Assembly (NCBI GenBank): GCA_002269645.1
Contig: NIVC01000691.1
Coordinates: 124,001 to 188,000, forward strand
From: Macrostomum lignano
Taxonomy: Eukaryota
DNA length: 64,000 nt
Reading direction: 5' to 3'
The notes beneath the pieces are model-generated. The model was not told where the DNA came from and searched no databases. It saw only the letters and a list, made by a program, of their open reading frames with translations. Shown here in pieces: positions 42,086 through 56,811 of the stretch. Position 1 is the first letter of the stretch. Each line of letters begins with the position of its first letter. A program made the position numbers and the translations under genes.

Positions 42086-42682
42086 GGGTCCTGACTGCTC
42101 GGCCGGTCTTCGCTCGTCGCCGCGAGTCGTCGCTGGTCGTCGCCCTGAGCAACGCGCGCTGTCAACTGCGTTGAGCTCGAGCTTACGCTCTGCCAAGATA
42201 GCTCCGCTGCGTGTGCCAAGCCACGCCAGGTTACGCTGTGCGCTGATTGTTTGTAGGGACTATTGCCTGACAGTTAGTCTGGGTGGTTTGCGTGATAGGA
42301 CTCTCCCCTATTATAGGCTTTTTGCGGTTTGCCCCTGTCAGGCACGTATTTTGTTAGTAGGACGCAATCTCTCTCGTCTCTCTCGCGTCATCAACCTCAA
42401 TTCGCTTTCTCTGGAGCCTTATTTTCGTTCACGCTTGATTCATTTGTCTCACTCAACCTTACACAATGTCCGACAACGGGGGGGCAAACGGCAACTTAAA
42501 CCGAGGGACTCTGTGACATCCGCCAGCTTTTCGTTTTTCGAGGAGGCTCTTCCCCCTCCTTTTCGTTCTGGCCTGGCGTGGAAGCGGCTAGCTTCCTCGT
42601 CTTGGTCTGCTGGTGGGGGACGGATCCCCCCTGCTGCTTTTTTGCGGGGCAGGTGGCTGCTAAGTAGTTGGCTGCTGGCTAA

Positions 42683-47767
<5,085 letters not shown>

Positions 47768-47853
47768 TCCTTGTGCTCTTTTACCTTGGGGTTGCGATAG
47801 GGGCCTCGCGGCCTATTCGCGGCGCCTGCGCCCCCCGTCAGTAGTAAGTTAGT

Positions 47854-50800
47854 ATGTCCGACAACGGGGACAACCATGCCGCAGCGTCATTGGCTGACGG
47901 AGATGCCGTCGTGCCAGATCAGGACGCAGTCGATGCCGGCGAGCAGCCAGCAGGCGCAGCTGCTGCCGCCGCGCCAGCTCCTAGTGAGCAACTCTTGTTG
48001 ACTCAAACCTTAGCCTCTCTTCACCGGATGCTCGAAGAGCGTCTCGCTGTTTCCTCGCCGTCAGCGCCAAATTCCTCGCCGCCTGCGAAGCCAGACATAC
48101 GCCTTCGCCCTCCAATCGCTTATCAGCCGAAGATGAACTTTGACACGTGGGAAGCTCAGCTTACTTCGTATCTAGCCACTTGCCGCGTTCCTGAGGACCA
48201 GAAGTCCGCCATTCTCGTATCTTTGCTGTCAGCCGAATGCCAAGAGGTATATCTTAATTACCGGTGTGACCAGTTGCCTTTCGAATCTGCGCTTCGGCTG
48301 CTCAGAGAAAGGTACACCGATGCCAAGAAGAAGGACAAGGCCTACGTAGAATTAGTTGCTGCCGCCCAATCTCATAATGAGCAGATGTCTGATTTCTTCG
48401 ACAGACTGGTCTCCTATTCTAGACTAGCGGGTCTCTCGCTCGCTGAAGCGAAGCCCCTACTCAAGGCCAGATTCTGCCATGGGCTGAGGGATAAGGACCT
48501 CGCCGAAAAGCTCCTCTTATGGGATCAGGAAACCGACAGTGCCACCTCTGCAGAAGAGCTGATGCAGAAGGCCAAAGATCTTGTCGGGGTCCGCCAGCTT
48601 CTGAACGTGCCTTCTACTATAGCCAAGGTCCGTGCCATAGAACCTGACGCTGAGAAGAAAGCGTTAGAACAGAGGGTCGCCGAGCTTGAGAAGATGGTGA
48701 CCGACCAAGCCAATAGATTAAGCCAGACCACTCCGCCTGTCACTACCAATCAGGGGCCCGCTCGCACAGAGCCCACTGGGGGCCCACCACAAGTTAGCCA
48801 AACCTATAGACAACCTAGGCCAGCTCCTCGCCCTCCGCGGGCTTGCCATCGATGTGGCCAGACCGATCACCTGATCGCTGACTGTCCATCGCCCTCGCCG
48901 AGGCCACAGTCGCCAAAGCAGCCCCGGGGGAGCCAAAATCAGCAGCCCAGCCGTGGAAAAGTCACGACTGAACTAGGAACCATTGCCACATGGTCTCAGA
49001 ATTACGGGTTCATCCAATCTGAGCACCTGCCAGAGAAATTGTTCGTTCACATTAGCCAACTGTCTCCCAGCCTGCGTAGCCTAGTCGAGCGACACCGCCT
49101 TAGGGGGACTAGGGTGAAATTCCAGCGCCAGGTCGACCCCGGGCGCCAGCACGACAAGGCCTGTAATGTGCAACCTCAGCCAGGGGACAGTGATCCACAA
49201 TGCCGACAAGGGGGGTACACAGCTGACACCTTTGAGTCTAGCTATTTCGTGCAGCTAGGAGTAGGAGACTCTAAAGTTCTGGCCTGTCTAGACTCAGGCG
49301 CCAATGCCAGCATCATGGGTGCTGACGTGAAAGCCAAACTGGTCGCAGCTGACCCCGTCAATAACATATTCACGCCTAGTGCCAATAAGCAGCGTGCCAC
49401 CGCCTTCGGCGGCTCTCAGGTAGACATCCTAGGGTCGCTACGCTGCGAAATCAATTTAGGTAATACGACTAAACAACACGTATTCTTAGTCACTGCTTAC
49501 TGTACCACGGAAGCCCTGTTAGGCATGGATTTCCTGCGCAGCTTCGAGATGCTGCTAGACTTCAACTCTGGCCGAGCTTTAGTAGCAGGGGTGTCAGTAC
49601 CAGTCATTGAGGGGGACAAGGGGATTTTCCAACTCCGACGAGTGATGGCCGCCGGCACCGTAGAATTGCCCCCGCACTCGGAAACCTTGATCCCCAGTCG
49701 TGCCCTCGACTCTTCGCCGTACACCTCCGGTATAGTCATGTCCCGGATCCTCGGACCAGAGACCGAACAGTTGGTAGCCAAGACTCTAGACTCAGTTAGC
49801 GATACTAACCACATACTAGTGCGCGTGCTCAACAGTGGGGAACAGCCTATTCAGATAACTAGGGGGCAAGAAATTGCCTCATTCCAGGAATTAGATAGTC
49901 ATGAGGTCATAGCTCAGACGACCCTGAAGGAGTCTGACTTTAGCCTGGACAATGTAGCTAACCTCACCAGCCAACTCAGTAAGCTGCCACCGCCTAGTAG
50001 GGAGTTAGCCAAATGGCTGACAACGCAGTTCCAACTAGACCAAGCCAAATTGTCTAGGGGCCAACTCGCCACCGTTTTGAAACTGCTCAACTACTTCAAT
50101 AGCCAAATTTCGAGATCAAACGCAGATTTAGGCCACACCAATTTACACGAGATGGGCATAGAGTTAATAGATCCTAAGGCCAAGCCTGTTGCGCAACCAT
50201 ACAGGCGCACCACGCCAGCACAAAAAGAATTCTTAGACCAGAACATAGCGCAGATGCTCGAACAGGGGGTCATTGAGGAGTGTGACTCTGACTGGGTGTC
50301 GCCTATCGTTCTGGTCAAGAAGAAGGACGGCACTCAACGCCTTTGCATAGACTATAGGGCCGTCAATAAGCTCATCAAGCCGTGTAGCTTCCCTCTGCCA
50401 CTCATAGAAGAATCTTTTGACAGCCTTGCCGGGGCCACTGTATTCTCTAGCCTTGACCTGACCTCCGCGTACTGGCAGGTAGGGATCAAAGAGGAGGCTA
50501 GAGATTACACCGCCTTTGCCTGCCCCCAAGGCACCTTCCGCTGGAAGGTAGTACCATTCGGGATCAAGACGGCACCTGCCAATTTCGCGAAACTGATGCA
50601 CAAGGTGTTTAGACCTCTCCTGATGAAGGTCAGCCTCATCTATTTAGACGACATTATCATTAAGGCTGTCAACAGTGACCAAATGATCGCGCATCTCGCG
50701 CTGGTCCTCTGGCAGCTTAGAAAAGCCGGTCTCAAAATTAAGCCGTCTAAGTGTGAGCTGTTTAAGGACAAGGTCGCATTCCTGGGGTTCGTTGTGTCTA

Positions 50801-53619
50801 GCCGGGGCATTGAGGCTGACCCAGCGAAGACTCAGGCTGTCCAAGACTGGCCTAAACCGCTTTCTAAGAAACAGCTTCTATCATTCTTGGGATTTGCGAA
50901 TTATTACCGGAAATTCGTGCCGCGATTCTCAATCATCGCCACGCCTTTGTATGCCTTAGCCAAAAAGGATGCTCCGTTTCTATGGCAACCGCATCATGAA
51001 CGGGCTTTCCAAGAACTCAAACATAGCCTCTGTTCACCACCGATTCTGGCGTATCCAGACCTCTCTGCCAAAGGGCGCGAATTTATTTTGGACTGCGATA
51101 GCTCGCTTGACGGCACTGGGGGTGTGCTGTACCAGCTCGGGCCAGATGGCCAAGAGCAAGTTATAGCTTACGCATCCAAAAAATTCAACAGTAGCCAGAG
51201 GAACTACTGCGCCACCATGAGGGAGTTGCTAGGGCTCGTTCTGATGCTCGAGCATTTCCGTCCTTACCTATTAGACAAGCCTTTCACTGTCCGGGTGGAC
51301 GCGGCCGCGCTCAAATGGCTGCATTCTAAGAAGCATGCCACTGGTATGCTGGCCCAATGGCTTGCCACCATTGAACTGTACCCGCTGAAGGTCCAGCAGT
51401 CCACTCTAGAACGAATAGCCGAATACGATTTCACAGTCCAGTACCGTCCAGGCGTTGACCACGTGCCTGCTGACGCTCTTAGTAGACTGCCAAAATTCAG
51501 AGCCGATCACTTTGACTGCCCGACGTGCAGCCAGATTCCGGAATTTAAAGGGAAATTCCTGGACCACGACCCAAAGCACCGGCGCACGCCCCCCTCTAGA
51601 GAACTGCGTCAGGTGTGCGTCCAGACCATAGGCATTAGCGTAGCGTGTCAGACTGACACAGATGCCCCGGCTGAACCAACGCCGAATGTCCGCGCTACTG
51701 CTAGCGGTGCTGTTCCTAGCCCAGAGACTGAATCCCGTCAACCTGAAACCGAATCCCAAGTGCCACCTGAGCTCATCTGGGCCCAGAATGCCCAGGACTC
51801 CTGTGTTGACATGGCGCGCCTAATCGCCAGTGTCCAGTGTAAGACTGAGCCATTGTCCAAGGCCGAACTGCAGGGTTGTAGCCGGGAAATGCGCTCACTC
51901 TGGGCTCAATTCAATGACCTTGAAGTAGTCGAGGGTCTATTGTACTTAGCCAAATCCTCCAAAGCCAAGACTGCCAACAGGCGCCTGGTGGTGCCTGAGA
52001 CCGCAGACGTCGGTCATCTGGTCCTTCAGTATCATGGCCAGTTGAACCATTGCGGTATCACCAAGACGATGGCCGCCCTGAAGGCGCGCTTCGTTATTTC
52101 CGACTTAGATACTATAGTCAAGGGGGTCCTGGCCGAATGCACCGTTTGCGCTAAGACTAAGAAGTCAAAGCGTAAGCTCAAGGCCCCTATGCAACCAGAA
52201 CTGTCCGGCTACCCGAACCAGGTTGTCCACGTGGACCACGCAGGCCCGTTCGAAGAGTGTGACGGGTACAAGTACCTGCTGGTTATGATCGACAGGTTCA
52301 CCGGGTTTGTTGAAGTAGTCCCTGTCCCCGACGTCAGCGCAGAGACCACTGCCACAACCATCCTGACTGAATGGGTTGCCAGGTATGGGGTGATGGAGCA
52401 GCTGGTGTCTGATAACGGAACTGCCTTCATCAATAGTACCATGATAGAATTAGCTAGGCTCCTACAGATTGACATGGGTCGGATCACCGCCCGTCGCCCT
52501 CAGGCTAACGGTAAAGCTGAGAGGATGATCCAGACGGTGAAAGCCCAGATTAGAGCCATCTGCCTTGAGAGACAATGCGACTGGCCCCTTGCCAGCCGCC
52601 TGGCCGCCCTGTCAATCCGTGCCACAGTCGCCGAATCCACCGGATTTACTCCAGCCAAACTTTTCTTCGGGCGTGAGTTCGAACTACCGCTCGACCTCTG
52701 TCACAACCCACCGCCAAATGAACACTACCAGCCGGAGAGGTACGCCCACCAGTTGCACCGCACGCTAGTCGAAACCTCTGCCCTAGCCCGCCGCACTAGG
52801 GGTAAAGCCCAGGAAAGGCAGAAAAGGTATTACGACCGCCGCGCCCTCCGCGCTGAGTTCCACGAGGGAGAGTTAGTCTGGGTCTTGAACCCGAATCACA
52901 AGGGCATAGAACCCGCTGTGTGGTTGGGGCCATACCGAGTAGTGCAGCGCTGCTCCGAGCGGACTTACCGTTTAGTCCCCGAGTATGGTCTCCTAAACCC
53001 AGCAGATCGGGTGCCAAATCCGCGCCATAACATTTACAACATTGACCGCCTCAAACCGTGCATCAGACAGCCCACTTACCAAGACGTAGTTGACCGGTAT
53101 GGTGAGGCCACCCATGCCAGGTCTCCAGCGCCTAGTGTGAACCCGCCCAGCGGGCCCGCGAGCGAGCTTAGCCTCGTCACCATTCCCCAGCCTTCCTCTG
53201 CCCGGCCAGAGAGCCCACGCAGAGCGCCAGGGCCAAATCCACCACCGCCAGCTTCAGGCGCCTTTGAGGAGGGGGCGGGAGCTGAAGCGGGAGAAGGCCA
53301 ACCATTCGCCGAAGCTGGCGATGCTGTAGCTATTGAGGGACAGCCACAACCAGACACTGACACTGACAGCACAGACACTGACACCAGCCACAGCCAAGAC
53401 AGCTCAGAGTCGCTGTACACGGCTTCCTTGGGGGACCCTTCCTCCGAGCAAATAGAACCACCTGAGATTGCTGCGAATCCAGTCGCTGCGCAAGCAGCTG
53501 AGCCACCAGCCCCGGCTGACGTACCCAGATCCAGGTACGGACGCCCCATCCGCCCGCCTGTCAGGTACCGGACCTGTCAAGTGTCCGACCTGCTCCAGCA
53601 GTGGGGAAGCAGACACTAA
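47854..53619 (+). CDS. Gypsy Gag-Pol polyprotein, a single uninterrupted 1921-aa ORF, with a cold-shock domain
   Basis: Gag, CCHC at 48844-48885, CSD at ~48976-49173, protease LDSGA at 49291, RT YLDD at 50641, RNase H (DCDSS, ELLG, ADALSR), integrase HHCC/DDE, GPY at 52927, acidic Pro-rich tail. Confidence 0.96.
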   Translation: MSDNGDNHAAASLADGDAVVPDQDAVDAGEQPAGAAAAAAPAPSEQLLLTQTLASLHRMLEERLAVSSPSAPNSSPPAKPDIRLRPPIAYQPKMNFDTWEAQLTSYLATCRVPEDQKSAILVSLLSAECQEVYLNYRCDQLPFESALRLLRERYTDAKKKDKAYVELVAAAQSHNEQMSDFFDRLVSYSRLAGLSLAEAKPLLKARFCHGLRDKDLAEKLLLWDQETDSATSAEELMQKAKDLVGVRQLLNVPSTIAKVRAIEPDAEKKALEQRVAELEKMVTDQANRLSQTTPPVTTNQGPARTEPTGGPPQVSQTYRQPRPAPRPPRACHRCGQTDHLIADCPSPSPRPQSPKQPRGSQNQQPSRGKVTTELGTIATWSQNYGFIQSEHLPEKLFVHISQLSPSLRSLVERHRLRGTRVKFQRQVDPGRQHDKACNVQPQPGDSDPQCRQGGYTADTFESSYFVQLGVGDSKVLACLDSGANASIMGADVKAKLVAADPVNNIFTPSANKQRATAFGGSQVDILGSLRCEINLGNTTKQHVFLVTAYCTTEALLGMDFLRSFEMLLDFNSGRALVAGVSVPVIEGDKGIFQLRRVMAAGTVELPPHSETLIPSRALDSSPYTSGIVMSRILGPETEQLVAKTLDSVSDTNHILVRVLNSGEQPIQITRGQEIASFQELDSHEVIAQTTLKESDFSLDNVANLTSQLSKLPPPSRELAKWLTTQFQLDQAKLSRGQLATVLKLLNYFNSQISRSNADLGHTNLHEMGIELIDPKAKPVAQPYRRTTPAQKEFLDQNIAQMLEQGVIEECDSDWVSPIVLVKKKDGTQRLCIDYRAVNKLIKPCSFPLPLIEESFDSLAGATVFSSLDLTSAYWQVGIKEEARDYTAFACPQGTFRWKVVPFGIKTAPANFAKLMHKVFRPLLMKVSLIYLDDIIIKAVNSDQMIAHLALVLWQLRKAGLKIKPSKCELFKDKVAFLGFVVSSRGIEADPAKTQAVQDWPKPLSKKQLLSFLGFANYYRKFVPRFSIIATPLYALAKKDAPFLWQPHHERAFQELKHSLCSPPILAYPDLSAKGREFILDCDSSLDGTGGVLYQLGPDGQEQVIAYASKKFNSSQRNYCATMRELLGLVLMLEHFRPYLLDKPFTVRVDAAALKWLHSKKHATGMLAQWLATIELYPLKVQQSTLERIAEYDFTVQYRPGVDHVPADALSRLPKFRADHFDCPTCSQIPEFKGKFLDHDPKHRRTPPSRELRQVCVQTIGISVACQTDTDAPAEPTPNVRATASGAVPSPETESRQPETESQVPPELIWAQNAQDSCVDMARLIASVQCKTEPLSKAELQGCSREMRSLWAQFNDLEVVEGLLYLAKSSKAKTANRRLVVPETADVGHLVLQYHGQLNHCGITKTMAALKARFVISDLDTIVKGVLAECTVCAKTKKSKRKLKAPMQPELSGYPNQVVHVDHAGPFEECDGYKYLLVMIDRFTGFVEVVPVPDVSAETTATTILTEWVARYGVMEQLVSDNGTAFINSTMIELARLLQIDMGRITARRPQANGKAERMIQTVKAQIRAICLERQCDWPLASRLAALSIRATVAESTGFTPAKLFFGREFELPLDLCHNPPPNEHYQPERYAHQLHRTLVETSALARRTRGKAQERQKRYYDRRALRAEFHEGELVWVLNPNHKGIEPAVWLGPYRVVQRCSERTYRLVPEYGLLNPADRVPNPRHNIYNIDRLKPCIRQPTYQDVVDRYGEATHARSPAPSVNPPSGPASELSLVTIPQPSSARPESPRRAPGPNPPPPASGAFEEGAGAEAGEGQPFAEAGDAVAIEGQPQPDTDTDSTDTDTSHSQDSSESLYTASLGDPSSEQIEPPEIAANPVAAQAAEPPAPADVPRSRYGRPIRPPVRYRTCQVSDLLQQWGSRH

Positions 53620-54209
53620 CCGCCAGTTTTTCACGCCCCGGGCAAGGCGTAAAACTACCTCCTGTGGCACCTGTCAGCCACAGGTCTCTGCGGCACCTGT
53701 AGACCGCAAGCTCACGCCCCGGGCAAGGCGTAAAACTACCTCCTGTGGCACCTGTTGGTCACAGGTCCCTGCGGCATCTGCCAGCCGCAAGCCACAAAAC
53801 ACAAGCCACAGCTGTTAATCACTGCCAGATACTAGTGTGCACAATTTCCACAGCTGTACCAGCCAACAGCCAACCACCGTAGTCAAGGGGATAAACTGCA
53901 GCGGCATTGCAATTTGATAATTTATATAGCTAACTAAAATAAATAAAATAAAAATAAAACACTAGCAGAATTAGCATAATATGCCGACAGTATAAATACT
54001 ATATTGTTCTAACGCAAGAATATATATAATATCGCAGCACCCAACTCCGACTGCACCTGGTCGGCGTTGCCGTAGTCTATAGAATACACTACGGCGCTAG
54101 AAACAAATAGTAGATAAGACATTAGCCTTAGCTCAAATATTCAAAAGTAAACTAAAAAATTAATGCACAAGTATGGCATAAAATAATGCATATTTTGGTC
54201 GAAAAATGA

Positions 54210-54539
54210 TTACGAGATGAATACTATAAATATAATAGTTGTCAAAATATTCTGTAGACGTCCTCTGCCTGCATCGGCGTTGCCATAATCGATAAAATAC
54301 ACTAGGGCACGTATAAACATTATAGCAATGGCAAAAATGATTAAAATAATTGATAGCAATGGCACCCGTTCGGTGTTGCCAAAGTCGATGAAATGAATAA
54401 GTGCGTCATCTCTGACGCTAATAGTAATACCCCGAAACCATGTAATGTGCAATATACGGTTAGTAATTAAAGCATAACTACTGGCGACTAGTGAAACGCA
54501 TAAATAACTCAAAAAGGAAAATAAAAACTGAAAAAACAA
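54210..54539 (-). other. Antisense AT-rich ORF containing Tudor-domain motifs; a third motif lies at 54054-54096
   Basis: WFRGITISVRDDALIHFIDFGNTERVPL, ALVYFIDYGNAD and AVVYSIDYGNADQV. Confidence 0.6.
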
Positions 54540-54582
54540 CCATTGAAAACTCGAGAAAAATATTCTGCCTATAAGAATATAG

Positions 54583-55302
54583 CTAGCTTAGTTCGCTGCT
54601 CAGCCCATTGACGAGTGCAGCATCGCTTTCGCTGTTGTCGGAAATGAGCTGTAGCTCGTCATTAAATTTCGCAAATTTCATAATGTAGCTAGATATATAT
54701 AATTCTTGTGGGGTAAAAGTAAGCACTACACACACACACACCGCACGCACGCTCTCTCTGCCTTTGGCGCGTAGCGCCATCCTCTGCCTCTGGCGCGTGG
54801 CGCCACCCTCTGCCTGGCGCGTGGCGCCGTCCTCTGTTTGGCGCGTGGCGCCGTTCCCGCGTGGCGCCCTTGCGCCGTTTCCTGCCTTGGCGCGTGGCGC
54901 CGTCCCTGCCTGGCGCGCTGCGCCGTCTTTGCCTTGGCGCGCTGCGCCGTCTCCGCCTGGCGCGCTGCGCCGTCTCTGCCTTGGCGCGCTGCGCCGTGTC
55001 TCCGCCTTGGGCGCTCTTGCGCCGGGTTCTCCCTTCCGCCTTGGCGCGCCGCGCCGTGTCCCGCCGCCCTTGACGCTTGGCGTCGTTTGCCCGCAGTTGT
55101 CCGGACTGTGTCTCTGTGCCGTGCCTCTGCTCTGCATCCTTTGCCTCATCCATCTGTCATCCTTGTTCTGTGTTTGCCTCATCCATCGTATCACTTCTGC
55201 GCGTCCTTTGTCGTTTTTGTGTTCGCGCGCGCCGCGCGCTCCGTCGTGCACTACTTTCCGTAACCATTGTTGTATTTTGTAATGTTTTTGTAACACCACC
55301 AT
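54583..55302 (-). CDS. Antisense 239-aa Arg/Gly/Ala-rich ORF in the Gypsy 3' region (coding status uncertain)
   Basis: ATG-initiated. The middle is encoded by a ~23-bp GC repeat array; the termini are non-repetitive. Confidence 0.35.
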   Translation of the reverse strand: MVVLQKHYKIQQWLRKVVHDGARGAREHKNDKGRAEVIRWMRQTQNKDDRWMRQRMQSRGTAQRHSPDNCGQTTPSVKGGGTRRGAPRRKGEPGARAPKAETRRSAPRQRRRSAPGGDGAARQGKDGAARQAGTAPRAKAGNGARAPRGNGATRQTEDGATRQAEGGATRQRQRMALRAKGRESVRAVCVCVVLTFTPQELYISSYIMKFAKFNDELQLISDNSESDAALVNGLSSELS

Positions 55303-55533
55303 GTTGTATTGCTCGTGCTCACCGTGTTCTACTGCCCTGTAATGTTCTGCTCTCGTAATAGTCTGTAGCCGTTGGAACTTTGTAATTTTGTCCGGTAATC
55401 ATATGCTCATACAAACTGACTCAATCCCACTATAATTCACTCTGCTATAATTTCATAAACTGCGGTTACGATGTGTTTTCCTTGCCGTCACCCCGCGTGT
55501 TGGTTTTCTTTTTGCGCGACCCTATCCTTTTTC

Positions 55534-55547
55534 GGAAGGGAGGCGGG
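55534..55547 (+). promoter_or_regulatory. Polypurine tract
   Basis: GGAAGGGAGGCGGG directly abuts the 3' LTR TG. Confidence 0.85.
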
Positions 55548-56351
55548 TGTGACGTTGTCAGTTTAAGGTGGTCCCGGAAAGGGCCGTTGGACTGCTGTTT
55601 TCCATAGTCATTCAACCCTTCAGTTTCACCGCTTCGACTAAACTTTTCCATTCGTTTATTGCGACGTTTACTTGTAGTAATGCCCAACGATTTTGTGGCA
55701 ATTTCTAACTCACTGTATATTTTTGCTATCCTCTCTTGCGACCGTATAAAATTGGCACGATCGATAATTTTAAGTTCTCTCGCCAGCCAATGAAAACCAC
55801 TCGTGCTTCGCGCTACCCCCCTCTGCGCTCCTTTATTAAACCCCCCGCCTGGCGGCGGGCACTCCTCACTCCTGTCCTTATCGGTGCTTCTCTCTTCCTC
55901 CCGGCCTGTCCTTGGCCTTGTGTGTGTCTTTACGGCCTTGTTTTCCTTCTCTCTGTCTGGCTGCCTCGAGCCTCCTTGCCTCACGCCACGACTGACGCCA
56001 ACTTCGCCACTGCTCATCTGCCTACTACGTTTCACTGCCTTCACTGTGCTCATAGCCACTGCTCACGTCATGTCGCCATTACATCACTCGTCTGTCGCTT
56101 GAACACTCATCCGATTTATCTTGAAAGAAACCATTGTTGCAGCCGCCAGTGCCCAGAAAACCATAGTTTGTTATTTGCCAGTAACAACCAAACTTACTAT
56201 TTATACTGATAATAAAAACGACTACGGCAGTTTCCTGCCCTTATTGCCAAGTGCTCCGCTACACCATCCACTTCGCCTAAGTTGACTTCAACTTATTTTG
56301 GGACTAAAACGGCCCTTTTAAGGGTCACGGCCAACGTCAAATAACGTGACA
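55548..56351 (+). repeat. 3' LTR (804 bp)
   Basis: Direct repeat of 40947-41749. Confidence 0.97.
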
Positions 56352-56811
56352 CTGCTCTGTGCAAGACACTTTGATTTTTAGCAGTTTTTGCAGACAGGCA
56401 TTGCTGAATACCAAGATTATTGGTCACTTCTTTTAAAGTGGCTAAATCTAGAGTAGAAAATGCAATGCTAACAGCGCTGTAGCCGTAATTGTCCAGAGCA
56501 AAGAACTGCTGCTTGTCCTCGACAATGGAACTGAGCCACAGAAACACTGCTGGGTTTTCCGCGTTGAAAGCTGCCCTATGCAAGACACTTTCATTTTTAG
56601 CAGTTTTATCAGCCAGGCACTGCTGCAGACCGAGCTTCTCAGTAACGTTTTTTAGTGTGTTTAAATCGAGCTTTTCAAAAGCATTGCTAACAGCACTACT
56701 CCCGTCTTTGCTCAGAGCAAAGAACTGCTGCTTGTCCTCCTCAGTGGCAATGCGTGACAGAAACTCTGAACCTTCGACGATGGATGTAGTGGAACTAAAT
56801 ACTTGGTCCAT
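56352..56811 (-). pseudogene. 5' part of the same TRP channel exon (MDQVFSS...SVLHRA)
   Basis: Same 219-bp repeats. Removing 40947-56351 and one CTGC restores LHRA-AFRKASPEVFLW in frame with ORF 37209-40919 (about 1497 aa in total). Confidence 0.9.

Noticed and set aside
54210-54539. Envelope gene (hydrophobic ORF after pol)
   Set aside because: Antisense, only 109 aa, no ATG start or signal/furin/fusion architecture. The hydrophobicity follows from AT-rich codons.
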